A stretch of 64,000 nt of DNA from Macrostomum lignano (taxonomy: Eukaryota): contig NIVC01002324.1 of assembly GCA_002269645.1 (NCBI GenBank), positions 43,222 to 107,221 of the forward strand. The letters are read 5' to 3'. Below are positions 33,055 through 46,800 of the stretch, one piece after another. The position numbers and the translations under genes are program-made. Below the pieces are notes generated by a model. The model was not told where the DNA came from. It saw only the letters and a list, made by a program, of their open reading frames with translations, and did not search any database. The stretch's first letter is position 1, and each line of letters starts with the position of its first letter.

Positions 33055-33350
33055 AAAGCTGCAATCCGAAGGGATTCTAAGAAACTGGGAAAACTGCAAT
33101 CCGAAGGGATTCTAAGAAACTGGAAAAACTGCAATCCGAAGGGATTCTAAGAAACTGGAAAAACTGCAATCCGAAGGGATTCTAAGAAACTGGAAAAACT
33201 GCAATCCGAAGGGATTCTAAGAAACTGGGAAAACTGCAATTCGAAGGGATTCTAAGAAACTGGGAAAACTGCAATTCGAAGGGATTCTAAGAAACTGGGA
33301 AAACTGCAATCCGAAGGGATTCTAAGAAACTGGGAAAATTGCAATTCAAA
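33055..33350. repeat. 35-bp minisatellite in MAF1 intron 2
   Basis: AAACTGCAATCCGAAGGGATTCTAAGAAACTGG(G/A)A, ~8 copies. Confidence 0.9.
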
Positions 33351-33405
33351 GATATTTTTAGGAATTGGGAAGACAAAATCCCCCCTAGCAACGGAAAAAG
33401 CTCAC

Positions 33406-33600
33406 CTGCACCCTCTCCAAAAGGCTTTCGCGCGAAAACTCCTCGCTGTCACAGCAGGTGAAATCGTAATCAAAGAAGCTGGAGTTCAGCGTGGAGATGA
33501 GGTAGAACAGAGTCTTGTGCGAGATTCCAGCCGCTGGGCCGCCGCAGCCTGAGGTCTCGCCGTCCTCCTCTGACTGGGACGAATGCCAGGACGTCTGCTG
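33406..33600 (-). CDS. MAF1: MAF1 exon 2
   Basis: gacag|CAG...[33 protein letters not shown]...VQ|gtgagc, phase 0/0 (NAGNAG acceptor ambiguity). Maf1 B-box. Confidence 0.9.
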
Positions 33601-33671
33601 CTGTCAGTGCGGGTGACATGGATTGGCTAATTAGTGCGCTGACCCAGCCAGACAAACCCGCTAAACAGATT

Positions 33672-33912
33672 TTCAGTGAGGCGCCACCTCCCATTCAATG
33701 AGGCGCCAGTCTCCCAATCAGTGAGGCGCCACTCTCTCATTCAGTGAGGCGCCACTCTCTCATTCAGTGAGGAGCCACTCTCTCATTCAGTGAGGCGCCA
33801 CCTCCCATTCAATGAGGCGCCAGTCTCCCAATCAGTGAGGCGCCACTCTCCATTCAGTGAGGCGCCACTCTCCCACTCAGTGAGGCGCTACTCTCGTGTT
33901 TAATGAGGCGCT
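33672..33912. repeat. ~21-bp minisatellite in MAF1 intron 1
   Basis: CATTCAGTGAGGCGCCACTCTC repeats. Confidence 0.9.
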
Positions 33913-33957
33913 AATCTCCCTACCTCAGTTAACCTCTCTAGCCCAGGCCTGACTCAC

Positions 33958-34194
33958 CTGAAAGTAGCTACCACCCTGCTCAGACTGGGGCGGCGACAGC
34001 AACTGCAACTGCGGCAGTCGCCCACCCGGACTGGCGCTCTGCCTCTCGGCGGTGAACTTTTTAAACTGGCGCTTATCTGTGGAGATCATTTTGCAGGAAT
34101 AATTCTCCAAGCGAAAGTCCAACTCGTAGTCGCAAGCAGCCTGGCGAATGGCGCCCAGAAATGGATCGAATTTTGGCGTGTCCAGCAGCTTCAT
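33958..34194 (-). CDS. MAF1: MAF1 exon 1
   Basis: MKLLDTPKF...RLENYSCKMISTDKRQFK...LSPPQ...FQ|gtgagt. Maf1 A-box. The spliced product is about 283 aa. Confidence 0.92.
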
Positions 34195-35879
34195 TGCGAC
34201 AATGCAGTTGCTTTTGTTAGGCAAGGACCAATTATAAGTAAATTGGGTTTTTTCCTTGGGCGTTTGTGGTGGTTAGCTCTCCTTCTTGTGGGGACTGTGC
34301 TTTTTCTCAGCCTCTCACTCTCGCAGGAGAGCCAATTAGTTGGTTGGTATTGTCATGGTTGCACAAAATCAATAAAGTTGTGTTGCCTTATTGGCATGAG
34401 TGAAAAGTGTATTTAGTAGTTAGCTAAGTTTAAGTTAGAAATGACATTGAACTGGGCAGAAAGTCAGTAAAACAATAAATATTTTCTGTTTAGCCTGAGA
34501 TGAGATCAGATAATAGGCTAGAAAGATTTGATTTCAAGGTACATGTTTTTACTTTAAATACATACATTTGCAACCATTGAAAATGCAACTTAGTTTTTGA
34601 AGCATACTCAAAAAGCAAAGTAAAATAATTTTAATTTATTGTCAATTTTTGTCAAAATGTTGAGAATTCATAAAAAATGCATCAAAATGCATGTTTAAAT
34701 ATCTTAAGCATTATTCACTATCACTCATTCAATTTATTTTCAATCTTATTAAAAGATAGTCATTAAAAAGATAGATGCTATAACAAAATATAGCCTGATT
34801 GAGTATTAAAGTTGAGCTTGAATAAGATTTTACTCAATTCATAAAAGCTTTTGGACTAATAATTCTCACTGAGTTGTTTAAATATACACAATATAGATAA
34901 AAATATTGAAGACATCTCAAGTTTAAAGAGAGACAATTTATATATTTAGAAGTTATATATTTAGAGCTTTGAATGGTAGTTTTAATAATAAGTTAGTTAC
35001 TAGTAATTAACATATACTATTTGTAACATGTTAGAATTTTGATATGAAGAATAGTTATCAATATCCCATTTTATAACAAGATAAATGACTATAAGAAGAC
35101 ACTCTTTGGTCTTAGGTCAAATGTTTCCAAAAGAAATATATATTAGTATTTATTATTAAGTTCTATATTAACCAAGATGGGACACGATAGAAAAAAATAG
35201 TTATCATCAATATAATACCACTATACAATATATTAGATAGGCCTTACTCATTGGCAGGTTAATTGGAACTCCAAAATATGAAAGAACTAATTAGGAAAAC
35301 TTGTTTTAGTTTGGATAGATCTCATTAATATTTAAAATTTAAATTGAGGCCAGTTTGTTGATATTGGATTACTATATATATTAATTAGTTACCTTTTTCA
35401 TCTTTTAAGGCTAACCATCAAATAAAAGTAAGAGACTAGCAAATTATTAAATTCTCAATTTTTATGCTTTAAAGAATCAAAGATTTGGGGTCAATGGGTT
35501 AAAATACTATAATAATAAATTATAATAAATATAATAATAAAAACTATAATCAAAATCAATATATATTTTATATAATATAAATACCAAATATTTTAAAAGA
35601 TATATTAGGAGTTTCAATATTTATAGATAGGCTTATTTAATAAAAACTTGAAAAAATCCTTAGTCAAATTATAAAAAAATTAACAAATTTTTTGAAGTGT
35701 TAGGTTAATTAGGGCCTATATTAAATCAAAAACAATATTTCAATATGCCTAGAACAATGTCCATTAAATATCAACTATTAATTTTATATTTAATAATATG
35801 GCATTTTTTTATTAGAGGCAGGGGGGTTGTGTGCAACCTGGCGCAATTTAAGCGTCATTGGCACACAACCGGCGAGAGG

Positions 35880-36163
35880 CATTACTGCCCATTCCGCCGA
35901 CTCCCCTGAGCAGGCATACAAGCGCGCGGATACGTTACGCAGGCACACACTCACACAGGAGTGTACAGCGGCCCTAACTTTATCAATTGTTAGGCATGTA
36001 CACTTCACTGCGCCTTGGGGGGGGGGTTGGCTCTCAAGGCCGTTAATTGCACAAGCGAGCCAAGCCAAGATTCCAATCCAGCCCCAAATTAATGTGGCTG
36101 CACTTGGAATCGAGCCTGGGTCGCGGCACACCAGAGCAGCTGCGCTACCACTGGGCTATGACC
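35880..36163 (-). mobile_element. tRNA-derived SINE, family 2 (copy 2)
   Basis: Head GGTCATAGCCCAGTGG (A box) ... GGCTCGATTCC (B box, 36106-36116); body homologous to 28490-28738. Confidence 0.75.
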
Positions 36164-37220
36164 CGCCTAATAAAATGGCATAAATTTACTTTTGTTTTTG
36201 AAATTTTTTTCTTTTAAAAAGTCAGACAAGTTTTATTGAGCTCATAACGTCAATTGGCATTGATTATACCAATAATATTTCTATATCTTAGTTTAGAAGG
36301 CAAAATATATGCCACAAAATACTAAGGCCTAGTGGATAATAAGGGTACTTGCTATTTTTTTGTGTATATTAGCATAGAAATACCAATTTCTAATTAGGCC
36401 TGCACAATCACCATCATGGACCATATCCATAGTCAAGTCAGGATTCAAGAAGGTGGCCTATTCCATGGAAAATTCCAGCCCACACAAGGGGTCTCAACTT
36501 CTCAAGACAAGGCCAAAGCCCAGCCAAAGGCATTTGGTAGGCCTAGGCCCTGCAAAATTGTGGCACATATGGAGGTATGGTGGTGGTCACAGCACACATT
36601 TTTGTCAAATTCGATACAAAACAACCTATGGTAGGCCTATCATTGGTATGCATTGCAGGTATGGGACATCGATTAGGTTAGGGTAGGGCTAGGGCACAAA
36701 GACCATGCATCTTTTCCGAATATGGCACATGACATATGCAATATGGCACATATAGGAAGCTTAGTGGAATAGACAGAAAGCCAATGAGAAAAAAGCAAAT
36801 ATCAATAACGACTTCAATGATAATAAAAAATATAATAACTTATTTTCGGTTCGGAAATTAGAATTTGTGCAAAAATGAATTGATTTGGATTGTTTGAGTT
36901 ATTAATAGAACTTACCAAATTTCTTGCGTGACTTTATTGAAGATAAAGGACTAATTTTTAGAACTAAAGCTACTATATTCTTTTTATTTCTAAGTACTAT
37001 TCTAGGAAATTAGTAATATCTCGTCTGTAACTTATTTTGTTTTACCGAAAGAACTTAAAAATTGAGTCGATTTTCTAAGGATTAATGCTAGCCGCTTTTA
37101 ATTGTTCGTTTTGACATGGGGTGGATGGATCCAATACCCAGCTTCAACGGGCAGCGGTGGCGGACTCAGCTGGCCTAGCTTGCTGGACCGGTTGCGGAGG
37201 TAGCGGCGCGGCCACTAATA

Positions 37221-37539
37221 CCTGTGAAAAATGAGCTGGCGTGACGTAACCTCATTTTCGGCTGAGGAATTAAAGGCTAAAGGGGTTTTTATTCTCACGT
37301 GAAAAGGGAAATACGATATAAACAGTAATATTGATTACTTAAAATTGCTTTTCACGCAAATCAATTGATAAAATTGAATCCATAAAGAAATTTAAAGGGC
37401 AGCTAAATCCTGGCAAAATAGTGGCGGATCGATTGCTAGGATAAACTCGCTGGCGAATATTAGTGACATTCTGCTACCATTTCGCCAGCAAAATGTCGCT
37501 ACTATTTAGCTGGCAAAACGCCAGCTCATTTTTTACAGG
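37221..37539. mobile_element. Small MITE with 22-bp TIRs
   Basis: CCTGTGAAAAATGAGCTGGCGT at 37221 and its reverse complement (1 mismatch) at 37518-37539. No clear TSD. Confidence 0.6.
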
Positions 37540-38527
37540 GATGGAATGGAATGAAAATCGCGTCATCCTGTCGAGGCACCTGATGTCAATTTGACGAAAT
37601 AGGGAAGGATAACTGCTGTCTATGGCATTCAACAGCCAATACAATGGAACGGGGGGTCCATTTATTTTGTTGTCTAGCGGGCAAAAGCAAGAGGTGTCTC
37701 GTTTATTGACCGAGGCGAAGCCAGGATGTCAAAAGTCGAAAACATTCGCAAAACAAAAATAACTCAGTCAATACTAGCACTCCATTCTTTTCTTTCCTAC
37801 AAGTCCCCAACCGTTGTACTTTCTTTCAATGTTATAGCCTTGATTATTTACAATCCTATATACTAATACTAATAATTATCCATCTTCCATCCACTATACG
37901 TACTAAAAATTAGTCCGTATTTGATTGATTTCAGATAAAAACGGCTCAACCGATCGAAACTTGCACCGTTAGATTAGAGATTTTCCCGTGACGGTACATG
38001 TGTCGTGGCTAATAAGAAATTGGTTAATGGAAGCATATAGCCCAAGACTTGATTTAGATTGCGTAACCATATCGTTAACTTTAATGGACTGATACTGACT
38101 GCATGAGAAATTGATTAGGTTATATAATTGCTTCTTCGTGTGACTTTTACTCTAACAGACTTGATGTGAATGTTGAACTATTCATATAAATGCTACAATT
38201 CATCCTGAACTGCTAATGCAGCAACCTGGGTTTGAATCTTGATAGTTAAAAGTTTTTTTACTAAGTTTTTTACTATAAACTCAACGCAAGAAAGAAAAGT
38301 AATCACACCTTCAATTATAAAGAAGCGTCATGTCAATCATAAAAGACTCGCAGGAGAATTTCTGGGTTGTAAACAAGGCTCATGGGGAATTGCTGAGATG
38401 CCAATTGACTTAGGGGGAGATTGCTGAAATATTGTGGCTCATGGGGAAATGGCTGATATGCTGTGACTTTTAGCAAGATTAGGGTTAAACCATAAAATAA
38501 TTCCCTGTCAAACGTAAAAAATTCATT

Positions 38528-40372
38528 GGGGAATTGCTAGGATGTCAAGGCTGTTGAGGGGAATCGCTAAGATGTCAAGGCTGTTGAGGGGAATTGCTAA
38601 GATGTCAAGGCTGTTGAGGGGAATTGCTAAGATGTCAAGGCTGTTGAGGGGAATTGCTAAGATGTCAAGGCTGTTGAGGGGAATTGCTAAGATGTCAAGG
38701 CTGTTGAGGGGAATTGCTTAGATGTCAAGGCTGTTGAGGGGAATCGCTAAGATGTCAAGGCTGTTGAGGGGAATCGCTAAGATGTCAAGGCTGTTGAGGG
38801 GAATTGCTAAGATGTCAAGGCTGTTGAGGGGAATTGCTAAGATGTCAAGGCTGTTGAGGGGAATTGCTAAGATGTCAAGGCTGTTGAGGGGAATTGCTTA
38901 GATGTCAAGGCTGTTGAGGGGAATCGCTAAGATGTCAAGGCTGTTGAGGGGAATTGCTAAGATGGCAAGGCTGTTGAGGGGAATCGCTAAGATGTCAAGG
39001 CTGTTGAGGGGAATTGCTAAGATGTCAAGGCTGATGGGGGGAATTGCTAAGATGTCAAGGCTGTTGAGGGGAATCGCTAAGATGTCAAGGCTGTTGAGGG
39101 GAATTGCTAAGATGTCAAGGCTGATGGGGGAATTGCTAAGATGTCAAGGCTGTTGAGGGGAATTGCTAAGATGTCAAGGCTGTTGAGGGGAATTGCTAAG
39201 ATGTCAAGGCTGATGGGGGAATTGCTAAGATGTCAAGGCTGTTGAGGGGAATTGCTAAGATGTCAAGGCTGTTGAGGGGAATTGCTAAGATGTCAAGGCT
39301 GTTGAGGGGAATCGCTAAGATGTCAAGGCTGTTGAGGGGAATCGCTAAGATGTCAAGGCTGTTGAGGGGAATTGCTAAGATGTCAAGGCTGTTGAGGGGA
39401 ATTGCTAAGATGTCAAGGCTGTTGAGGGGAATCGCTAAGATGTCAAGGCTGTTGAGGGGAATTGCTAAGATGTCAAGGCTGTTGAGGGGAATTGCTAAGA
39501 TGTCAAGGCTGTTGAGGGGAATTGCTAAGATGTCAAGGCTGATGGGGGGAATTGCTAAGATGTCAAGGCTGTTGAGGGGAATCGCTAAGATGTCAAGGCT
39601 GTTGAGGGGAATTGCTAAGATGTCAAGGCTGATGGGGGGAATTGCTAAGATGTCAAGGCTGTTGAGGGGAATTGCTAAGATGTCAAGGCTGTTGAGGGGA
39701 ATTGCTAAGATGTCAAGGCTGATGGGGGAATTGCTAAGATGTCAAGGCTGTTGAGGGGAATCGCTAAGATGTCAAGGCTGTTGAGGGGAATTGCTTAGAT
39801 GTCAAGGCTGTTGAGGGGAATCGCTAAGATGTCAAGGCTGTTGAGGGGAATCGCTAAGATGTCAAGGCTGTTGAGGGAATTGCTAAGATGTCAAGGCTGT
39901 TGAGGGGAATTGCTAAGATGTCAAGGCTGTTGAGGGGAATTGCTAAGATGTCAAGGCTGTTGAGGGGAATTGTTAAGATGTCAAGGCTGTTGAGGGGAAT
40001 CGCTAAGATGTCAAGGCTGTTGAGGGGAATCGCTAAGATGTCAAGGCTGATGGGGGGAATTGCTAAGATGTCAAGGCTGTTGAGGGGAATTGCTAAGATG
40101 TCAAGGCTGTTGAGGGGAATTGCTAAGATGTCAAGGCTGATGGGGGGAATTGCTAAGATGTCAAGGCTGTTGAGGGGAATTGCTAAGATGTCAAGGCTGA
40201 TGGGGGGAATTGCTAAGATGTCAAGGCTGTTGAGGGGAATTGCTAAGATGTCAAGGCTGTTGAGGGGAATTGCTAAGATGTCAAGGCTGTTGAGGGGAAT
40301 TGCTAAGATGTCAAGGCTGTTGAGGGGAATTGCTAAGATGTCAAGGCTGTTGAGGGGAATTGCTAAGATGTC
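38528..40372. repeat. 30-bp satellite GCTAAGATGTCAAGGCTGTTGAGGGGAATT, ~61 copies
   Basis: Directly visible. Confidence 0.98.
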
Positions 40373-40854
40373 ACTGCTCAAGGGTCACTGCAATCCTTTA
40401 CCCGTCTCGTCACTCATTAATTATCAAGACTTATCAATACTAAGAGCAAGATTCTTCCTATTTGAACGGCAGTCGTGAGTCTTCCCAAACAAAGCCTCAG
40501 TGTGTGAGAGGGGCACACAAAGCCAAGCTTTTTTTATTTTATACCCCACGTTTTTGCTGGTTCAGCTGCCTTTCTCAGCTCAGCTCGGTTGTGTCACGAC
40601 TCACACAATTCACTGTAATCTCACGCTATCATGCTTGTGAGAATTTATCCAGCTGTTGCAGACATGACTTCAACTGCTTCCTATGGGTGTTGTATTACGA
40701 AATAAGTGCCATATGCATTTGCTCATTTTACTACCTAAGATCGAATCTGAACCTTCGAATGGAATCAAAAGAGTTTTTATGGCTCTTCGGCTTGCTTGGC
40801 TTCAGAGTCAGTTTTAGTGAGGAGAATCAAAAGCAAGTCAGGGAAATGAAGTAC

Positions 40855-43800
40855 AGTCAGGGGAGTTAGAGTCAGAGGAATTAGAGTCAGGGGAATTAGA
40901 GTCAGGGGAATTAGAGTCAGGGGAATTAGAGTCAGGGGAATTAGAGTCAGGGAAATTAGAGTCAGGTAAATTAAAGTCAGGGAAATTAGAGCTAGGGGAA
41001 TTAGAGTCAGGGAAATTACAGTCAAGGGAGTTAAAGTCAAAGGAATTAGAGTCAGGGGAATTAGAGTCAGGGGAATTAGAGTCAGGGGAATTAGAGTCAG
41101 GGGAATTAGAGTCAGGGGAATTAGAGTCAGGGGAATTAGAGTCAGGGGAGTTAGAGTCAGGGGAATTAGAGTCAGGGGAATTAGAGTCAGGGGAATTAGA
41201 GTCAGGGGAGTTAGAGTCAGGGGAATTAGAGTCAGGGGAGTTAGAGTCAGGGGAATTAGAGTCAGGGGATTTAGAGTCAGGGGAATTAGAGTCAGGGGAT
41301 TTAGAGTCAGGGGAATTAGAGTCAGGGGAATTAGAGTCAGGGGAATTAGAGTCAGGGGAATTAGAGTCAGGGGAATTAGAGTCAGGGGAATTAGAGTCAG
41401 GGGAATTAGAGTCAGGGGAATTAGAGTCAGGGGAATTAGAGTCAGGGGAATTAGAGTCAGGGGAATTAGAGTCAGGGGAATTAGAGTCAGGGGAATTAGA
41501 GTCAGGGGAATTAGAGTCAGGGGAATTAGAGTCAGGGGAATTAGAGTCAGGGGAATTAGAGTCAGGGGAATTAGAGTCAGGGGAATTAGAGTCAGGGGAA
41601 TTAGAGTCAGGGGAATTAGAGTCTGGGGAATTAGAGTCAGGGGAATTAGAGTCAGGACAGTTAGAGTCAGGGGAGTTAAAGTCAGGGGAATTAGAGTCAG
41701 GGGAATTAGAGTCAGGGGAATTAGAGTCAGGGGAATTAGAGTCAGGGGAATTAGAGTCAGGGGAATTAGAGTCAGGGGAATTAGAGTCAGGGGAATTAGA
41801 ATCAGGGGAATTAGAGTCAGGGGAATTAGAGTCAGGGGAATTAGAGTCAGGGAAGTTAGAGTCAGGGGAATTAGAGTCAGGGGAATTAGAGTCAGGGGAA
41901 TTAGAGTCAGGGGAATTAGAGTCAGGGGAATTAAAGTCAGGGGAATTAGAGTCAGGGGAGTTAGAGTCAGGGGAATTAGAGTCAGGGGATTTAGAGTCAG
42001 GGGAATTAGAGTCAGGGGATTTAGAGTCAGGGGAATTAGAGTCAGGACAGTTAGAGTCAGGGGAGTTAGAGTCAGGGGAATTAGAGTCAGGGGAATTAGA
42101 GTCAGGGGAATTAGAGTCAGGGGAATTAGAGTCAGGGGAATTAGAGTCAGGGGAATTAGAGTCAGGACAGTTAGAGTCAGGGGAATTAGAGTCAGGGGAA
42201 TTAGAGTCAGGGGATTTAGAGTCAGGGGAATTAGAGTCAGGACAGTTAGAGTCAGGGGAATTAGAGTCAGGGGAATTAGAGTCAGGGGAGTTAGAGTCAG
42301 GGGAATTAGAGTCAGGGGAGTTAGAGTCAGGGGAATTAGAGTCAGGGGAATTAGAGTCAGGACAGTTAGAGTCAGGGGAATTAGAGTCAGGACAGTTAGA
42401 GTCAGGGGAATTAGAGTCAGGACAGTTAGAGTCAGGGAAATTAGAGTCAGGACAGTTAGAGTCAGGGGAATTAGAGTCAGGGGAGTTAGAGTCAGGGGAA
42501 TTAGAGTCAGGGGAATTAGAGTCAGGGGAATTAGAGTCAGAGGAATTAGAGTCAGGGGAATTAGAGTCAGGGGAATTAGAGTCAGGGGAATTAGAGTCAG
42601 GGAAATTAGAGTCAGGTAAATTAAAGTCAGGGAAATTAGAGCTAGGGGAATTAGAGTCAGGGAAATTACAGTCAAGGGAGTTAAAGTCAAAGGAATTAGA
42701 GTCAGGGGAGTTAGAGTCAGGGGAATTAGAGTCAGGGGATTTAGAGTCAGGGGAATTAGAGTCAGGACAGTTAGAGTCAGGGGAATTAGAGTCAGGACAG
42801 TTAGAGTCAGGGGAATTAGAGTCAGGGGAATTAGAGTCAGGTGATTTAGAGTCAGGGGAATTAGAGTCAGGAGAATTAGAGTCAGGACAGTTAGAGTCAG
42901 GGGAATTAGAGTCAGGACGTTAGAGTCAGGGGAATTAGAGTCAGGACAGTTAGAGTCAGGGGAATTAGAGTCAGGACAGTTAGAGTCAGGGGAATTAGAG
43001 TCAGGGGAGTTAGAGTCAGGGGAATTAGAGTCAGGGGAATTAGAGTCAGGGGAATTAGAGTCAGGGGAATTAGAGTTAGGGGAATTAGAGTCAGGGGAAT
43101 TACAGTCAGGGGAATTAGAGTCAGGGGAATTAGAGTCAGGGGAGTTAGAGTCAGAGGAATTAGAGTCAGGGGAATTAGAGTCAGGGGAATTAGAGTCAGG
43201 GGAATTAGAGTCAGGGGAATTAGAGTCAGGGGAATTAGAGTCAGGGGAATTAGAGTCAGGGAAATTAGAGTCAGGTAAATTAAAGTCAGGGAAATTAGAG
43301 CTAGGGGAATTAGAGTCAGGGAAATTACAGTCAAGGGAGTTAAAGTCAAAGGAATTAGAGTCAGGGGAATTAGAGTCAGGGGAATTAGAGTCAGGGGATT
43401 TAGAGTCAGGGGAATTAGAGTCAGGGGAATTACAGTCAGGGGAATTAGAGTCAGGGGAATTAGAGTCAGGACAGTTAGAGTCAGGGGAATTAGAGTCAGG
43501 GGAATTAGAGTCAGGGGAATTAGAGTCAGGGGAATTAGAGTCAGGGGAATTAGAGTCAGGGGAATTAAAGTCAGGGGAATTAGAGTCAGGGGAGTTAGAG
43601 TCAGGGGAATTAGAGTCAGGGGATTTAGAGTCAGGGGAATTAGAGTCAGGGGATTTAGAGTCAGGGGAATTAGAGTCAGGACAGTTAGAGCCAGGGGAGT
43701 TAGAGTCAGGGGAGTTAGAGTCAGGGGAATTAGAGTCAGGGGAGTTAGAGTCAGGGGAATTAGAGTCAGGGGAATTAGAGTCAGGGGATTTAGAGTCAGG

Positions 43801-46800
43801 GGAATTAGAGTCAGGGGAATTAGAGTCAGGACAGTTAGAGTCAGGGGAATTAGAGTCAGGGGAGTTAGAGTCAGGGGATTTAGAGTCAGGGGAATTAGAG
43901 TCAGGGGAATTAGAGTCAGGGGAATTAGAGTCAGGACAGTTAGAGTCAGGGGAATTAGAGTCAGGGGAATTAGAGTCAGGGGAATTAGAGTCAGGGGAAT
44001 TAGAGTCAGGGGAATTAGAGTCAGGGGAATTAGAGTCAGGGGAGTTAGAGTCAGGGGAATTAGAGTCAGGGGAATTAGAGTCAGGGGAATTAGAGTCAGG
44101 GGAGTTAGAGTCAGGGGAATTAGAGTCAGGGGAGTTAGAGTCAGGGGAATTAGAGTCAGGGGATTTAGAGTCAGGGGAATTAGAGTCAGGGGATTTAGAG
44201 TCAGGGGAATTAGAGTCAGGGGAATTAGAGTCAGGGGAATTAGAGTCAGGGGAATTAGAGTCAGGGGAATTAGAGTCAGGGGAATTAGAGTCAGGGGAAT
44301 TAGAGTCAGGGGAATTAGAGTCAGGGGAATTAGAGTCAGGGGAATTAGAGTCAGGGGAATTAGAGTCAGGGGAATTAGAGTCAGGGGAATTAGAGTCAGG
44401 GGAATTAGAGTCAGGGGATTTAGAGTCAGGGGAATTAGAGTCAGGGGAATTAGAGTCAGGGGAATTAGAGTCAGGGGAATTAGAGTCAGGGGAATTAGAG
44501 TCAGGGGAATTAGAGTCAGGGGAATTAGAGTCTGGGGAATTAGAGTCAGGGGAATTAGAGTCAGGACAGTTAGAGTCAGGGGAGTTAAAGTCAGGGGAAT
44601 TAGAGTCAGGGGAATTAGAGTCAGGGGAATTAGAGTCAGGGGAATTAGAGTCAGGGGAATTAGAGTCAGGGGAATTAGAGTCAGGGGAATTAGAGTCAGG
44701 GGAATTAGAATCAGGGGAATTAGAGTCAGGGGAATTAGAGTCAGGGGAATTAGAGTCAGGGAAGTTAGAGTCAGGGGAATTAGAGTCAGGGGAATTAGAG
44801 TCAGGGGAATTAGAGTCAGGGGAATTAGAGTCAGGGGAATTAAAGTCAGGGGAATTAGAGTCAGGGGAGTTAGAGTCAGGGGAATTAGAGTCAGGGGATT
44901 TAGAGTCAGGGGAATTAGAGTCAGGGGATTTAGAGTCAGGGGAATTAGAGTCAGGACAGTTAGAGTCAGGGGAATTAGAGTCAGGGGAGTTAGAGTCAGG
45001 GGAATTAGAGTCAGGGGAGTTAGAGTCAGGGGAATTAGAGTCAGGGGAGTTAGAGTCAGGGGAATTAGAGTCAGGGGAATTAGAGTCAGGACAGTTAGAG
45101 TCAGGGGAATTAGAGTCAGGACAGTTAGAGTCAGGGGAATTAGAGTCAGGACAGTTAGAGTCAGGGAAATTAGAGTCAGGACAGTTAGAGTCAGGGGAAT
45201 TAGAGTCAGGGGAGTTAGAGTCAGGGGAATTAGAGTCAGGGGAATTAGAGTCAGGGGAATTAGAGTCAGAGGAATTAGAGTCAGGGGAATTAGAGTCAGG
45301 GGAATTAGAGTCAGGGGAATTAGAGTCAGGGAAATTAGAGTCAGGTAAATTAAAGTCAGGGAAATTAGAGCTAGGGGAATTAGAGTCAGGGAAATTACAG
45401 TCAAGGGAGTTAAAGTCAAAGGAATTAGAGTCAGGGGAGTTAGAGTCAGGGGAATTAGAGTCAGGGGATTTAGAGTCAGGGGAATTAGAGTCAGGGGAAT
45501 TAGAGTCAGGGAAATTAGAGTCAGGGGAGTTAGAGTCAGGGGAATTAGAGTCAGGGGATTTAGAGTCAGGGGAATTAGAGTCAGGGGATTTAGAGTCAGG
45601 GGAATTAGAGTCAGGACAGTTAGAGTCAGGGGAATTAGAGTCAGGACAGTTAGAGTCAGGGGAATTAGAGTCAGGGGAATTAGAGTCAGGTGATTTAGAG
45701 TCAGGGGAATTAGAGTCAGGAGAATTAGAGTCAGGACAGTTAGAGTCAGGGGAATTAGAGTCAGGACGTTAGAGTCAGGGGAATTAGAGTCAGGACAGTT
45801 AGAGTCAGGGGAATTAGAGTCAGGACAGTTAGAGTCAGGGGAATTAGAGTCAGGGGAATTAGAGTCAGGGGAATTAGAGTCAGGGGAATTAGAGTCAGGG
45901 GAATTAGAGTCAGGGGAATTAGAGTTAGGGGAATTAGAGTCAGGGGAATTACAGTCAGGGGAATTAGAGTCAGGGGAATTAGAGTCAGGGGAGTTAGAGT
46001 CAGAGGAATTAGAGTCAGGGGAATTAGAGTCAGGGGAATTAGAGTCAGGGGAATTAGAGTCAGGGGAATTAGAGTCAGGGGAGTCATTAGAGTCAGGGGA
46101 ATTAGAGTCAGGGAAAGAGTTAGAGTCAGGTAAATTAAAGTCAGGGAAATTAGAGCTAGGGGAATTAGAGTCAGGGAAATTACAGTCAAGGGAGTTAAAG
46201 TCAAAGGAATTAGAGTCAGGGGAATTAGAGTCAGGGGAATTAGAGTCAGGGGATTTAGAGTCAGGGGAATTAGAGTCAGGGGAATTACAGTCAGGGGAAT
46301 TAGAGTCAGGGGAATTAGAGTCAGGACAGTTAGAGTCAGGGGAATTAGAGTCAGGGGAATTAGAGTCAGGGGAATTAGAGTCAGGGGAATTAGAGTCAGG
46401 GGAATTAGAGTCAGGGGAATTAAAGTCAGGGGAATTAGAGTCAGGGGAGTTAGAGTCAGGGGAATTAGAGTCAGGGGATTTAGAGTCAGGGGAATTAGAG
46501 TCAGGGGATTTAGAGTCAGGGGAATTAGAGTCAGGACAGTTAGAGTCAGGGGAGTTAGAGTCAGGGGAGTTAGAGTCAGGGGAATTAGAGTCAGGGGAGT
46601 TAGAGTCAGGGGAATTAGAGTCAGGGGAATTAGAGTCAGGGGATTTAGAGTCAGGGGAATTAGAGTCAGGGGAATTAGAGTCAGGACAGTTAGAGTCAGG
46701 GGAATTAGAGTCAGGGGAGTTAGAGTCAGGGGATTTAGAGTCAGGGGAATTAGAGTCAGGGGAATTAGAGTCAGGGGAATTAGAGTCAGGACAGTTAGAG

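Noticed and set aside
34400-35800. Very AT-rich island upstream of MAF1 as horizontally acquired or organellar DNA
   Set aside because: No ORF, RNA or terminal-repeat signal recognised; composition alone is insufficient.
38902-40478. (MSRLLRGIAK)n ORFs, and the other repeat-derived ORFs at 9893, 12747, 22032, 30292, 54935, 59907-60712, 61461-62124 and 62760-63828
   Set aside because: Translations of tandem repeats or microsatellites.
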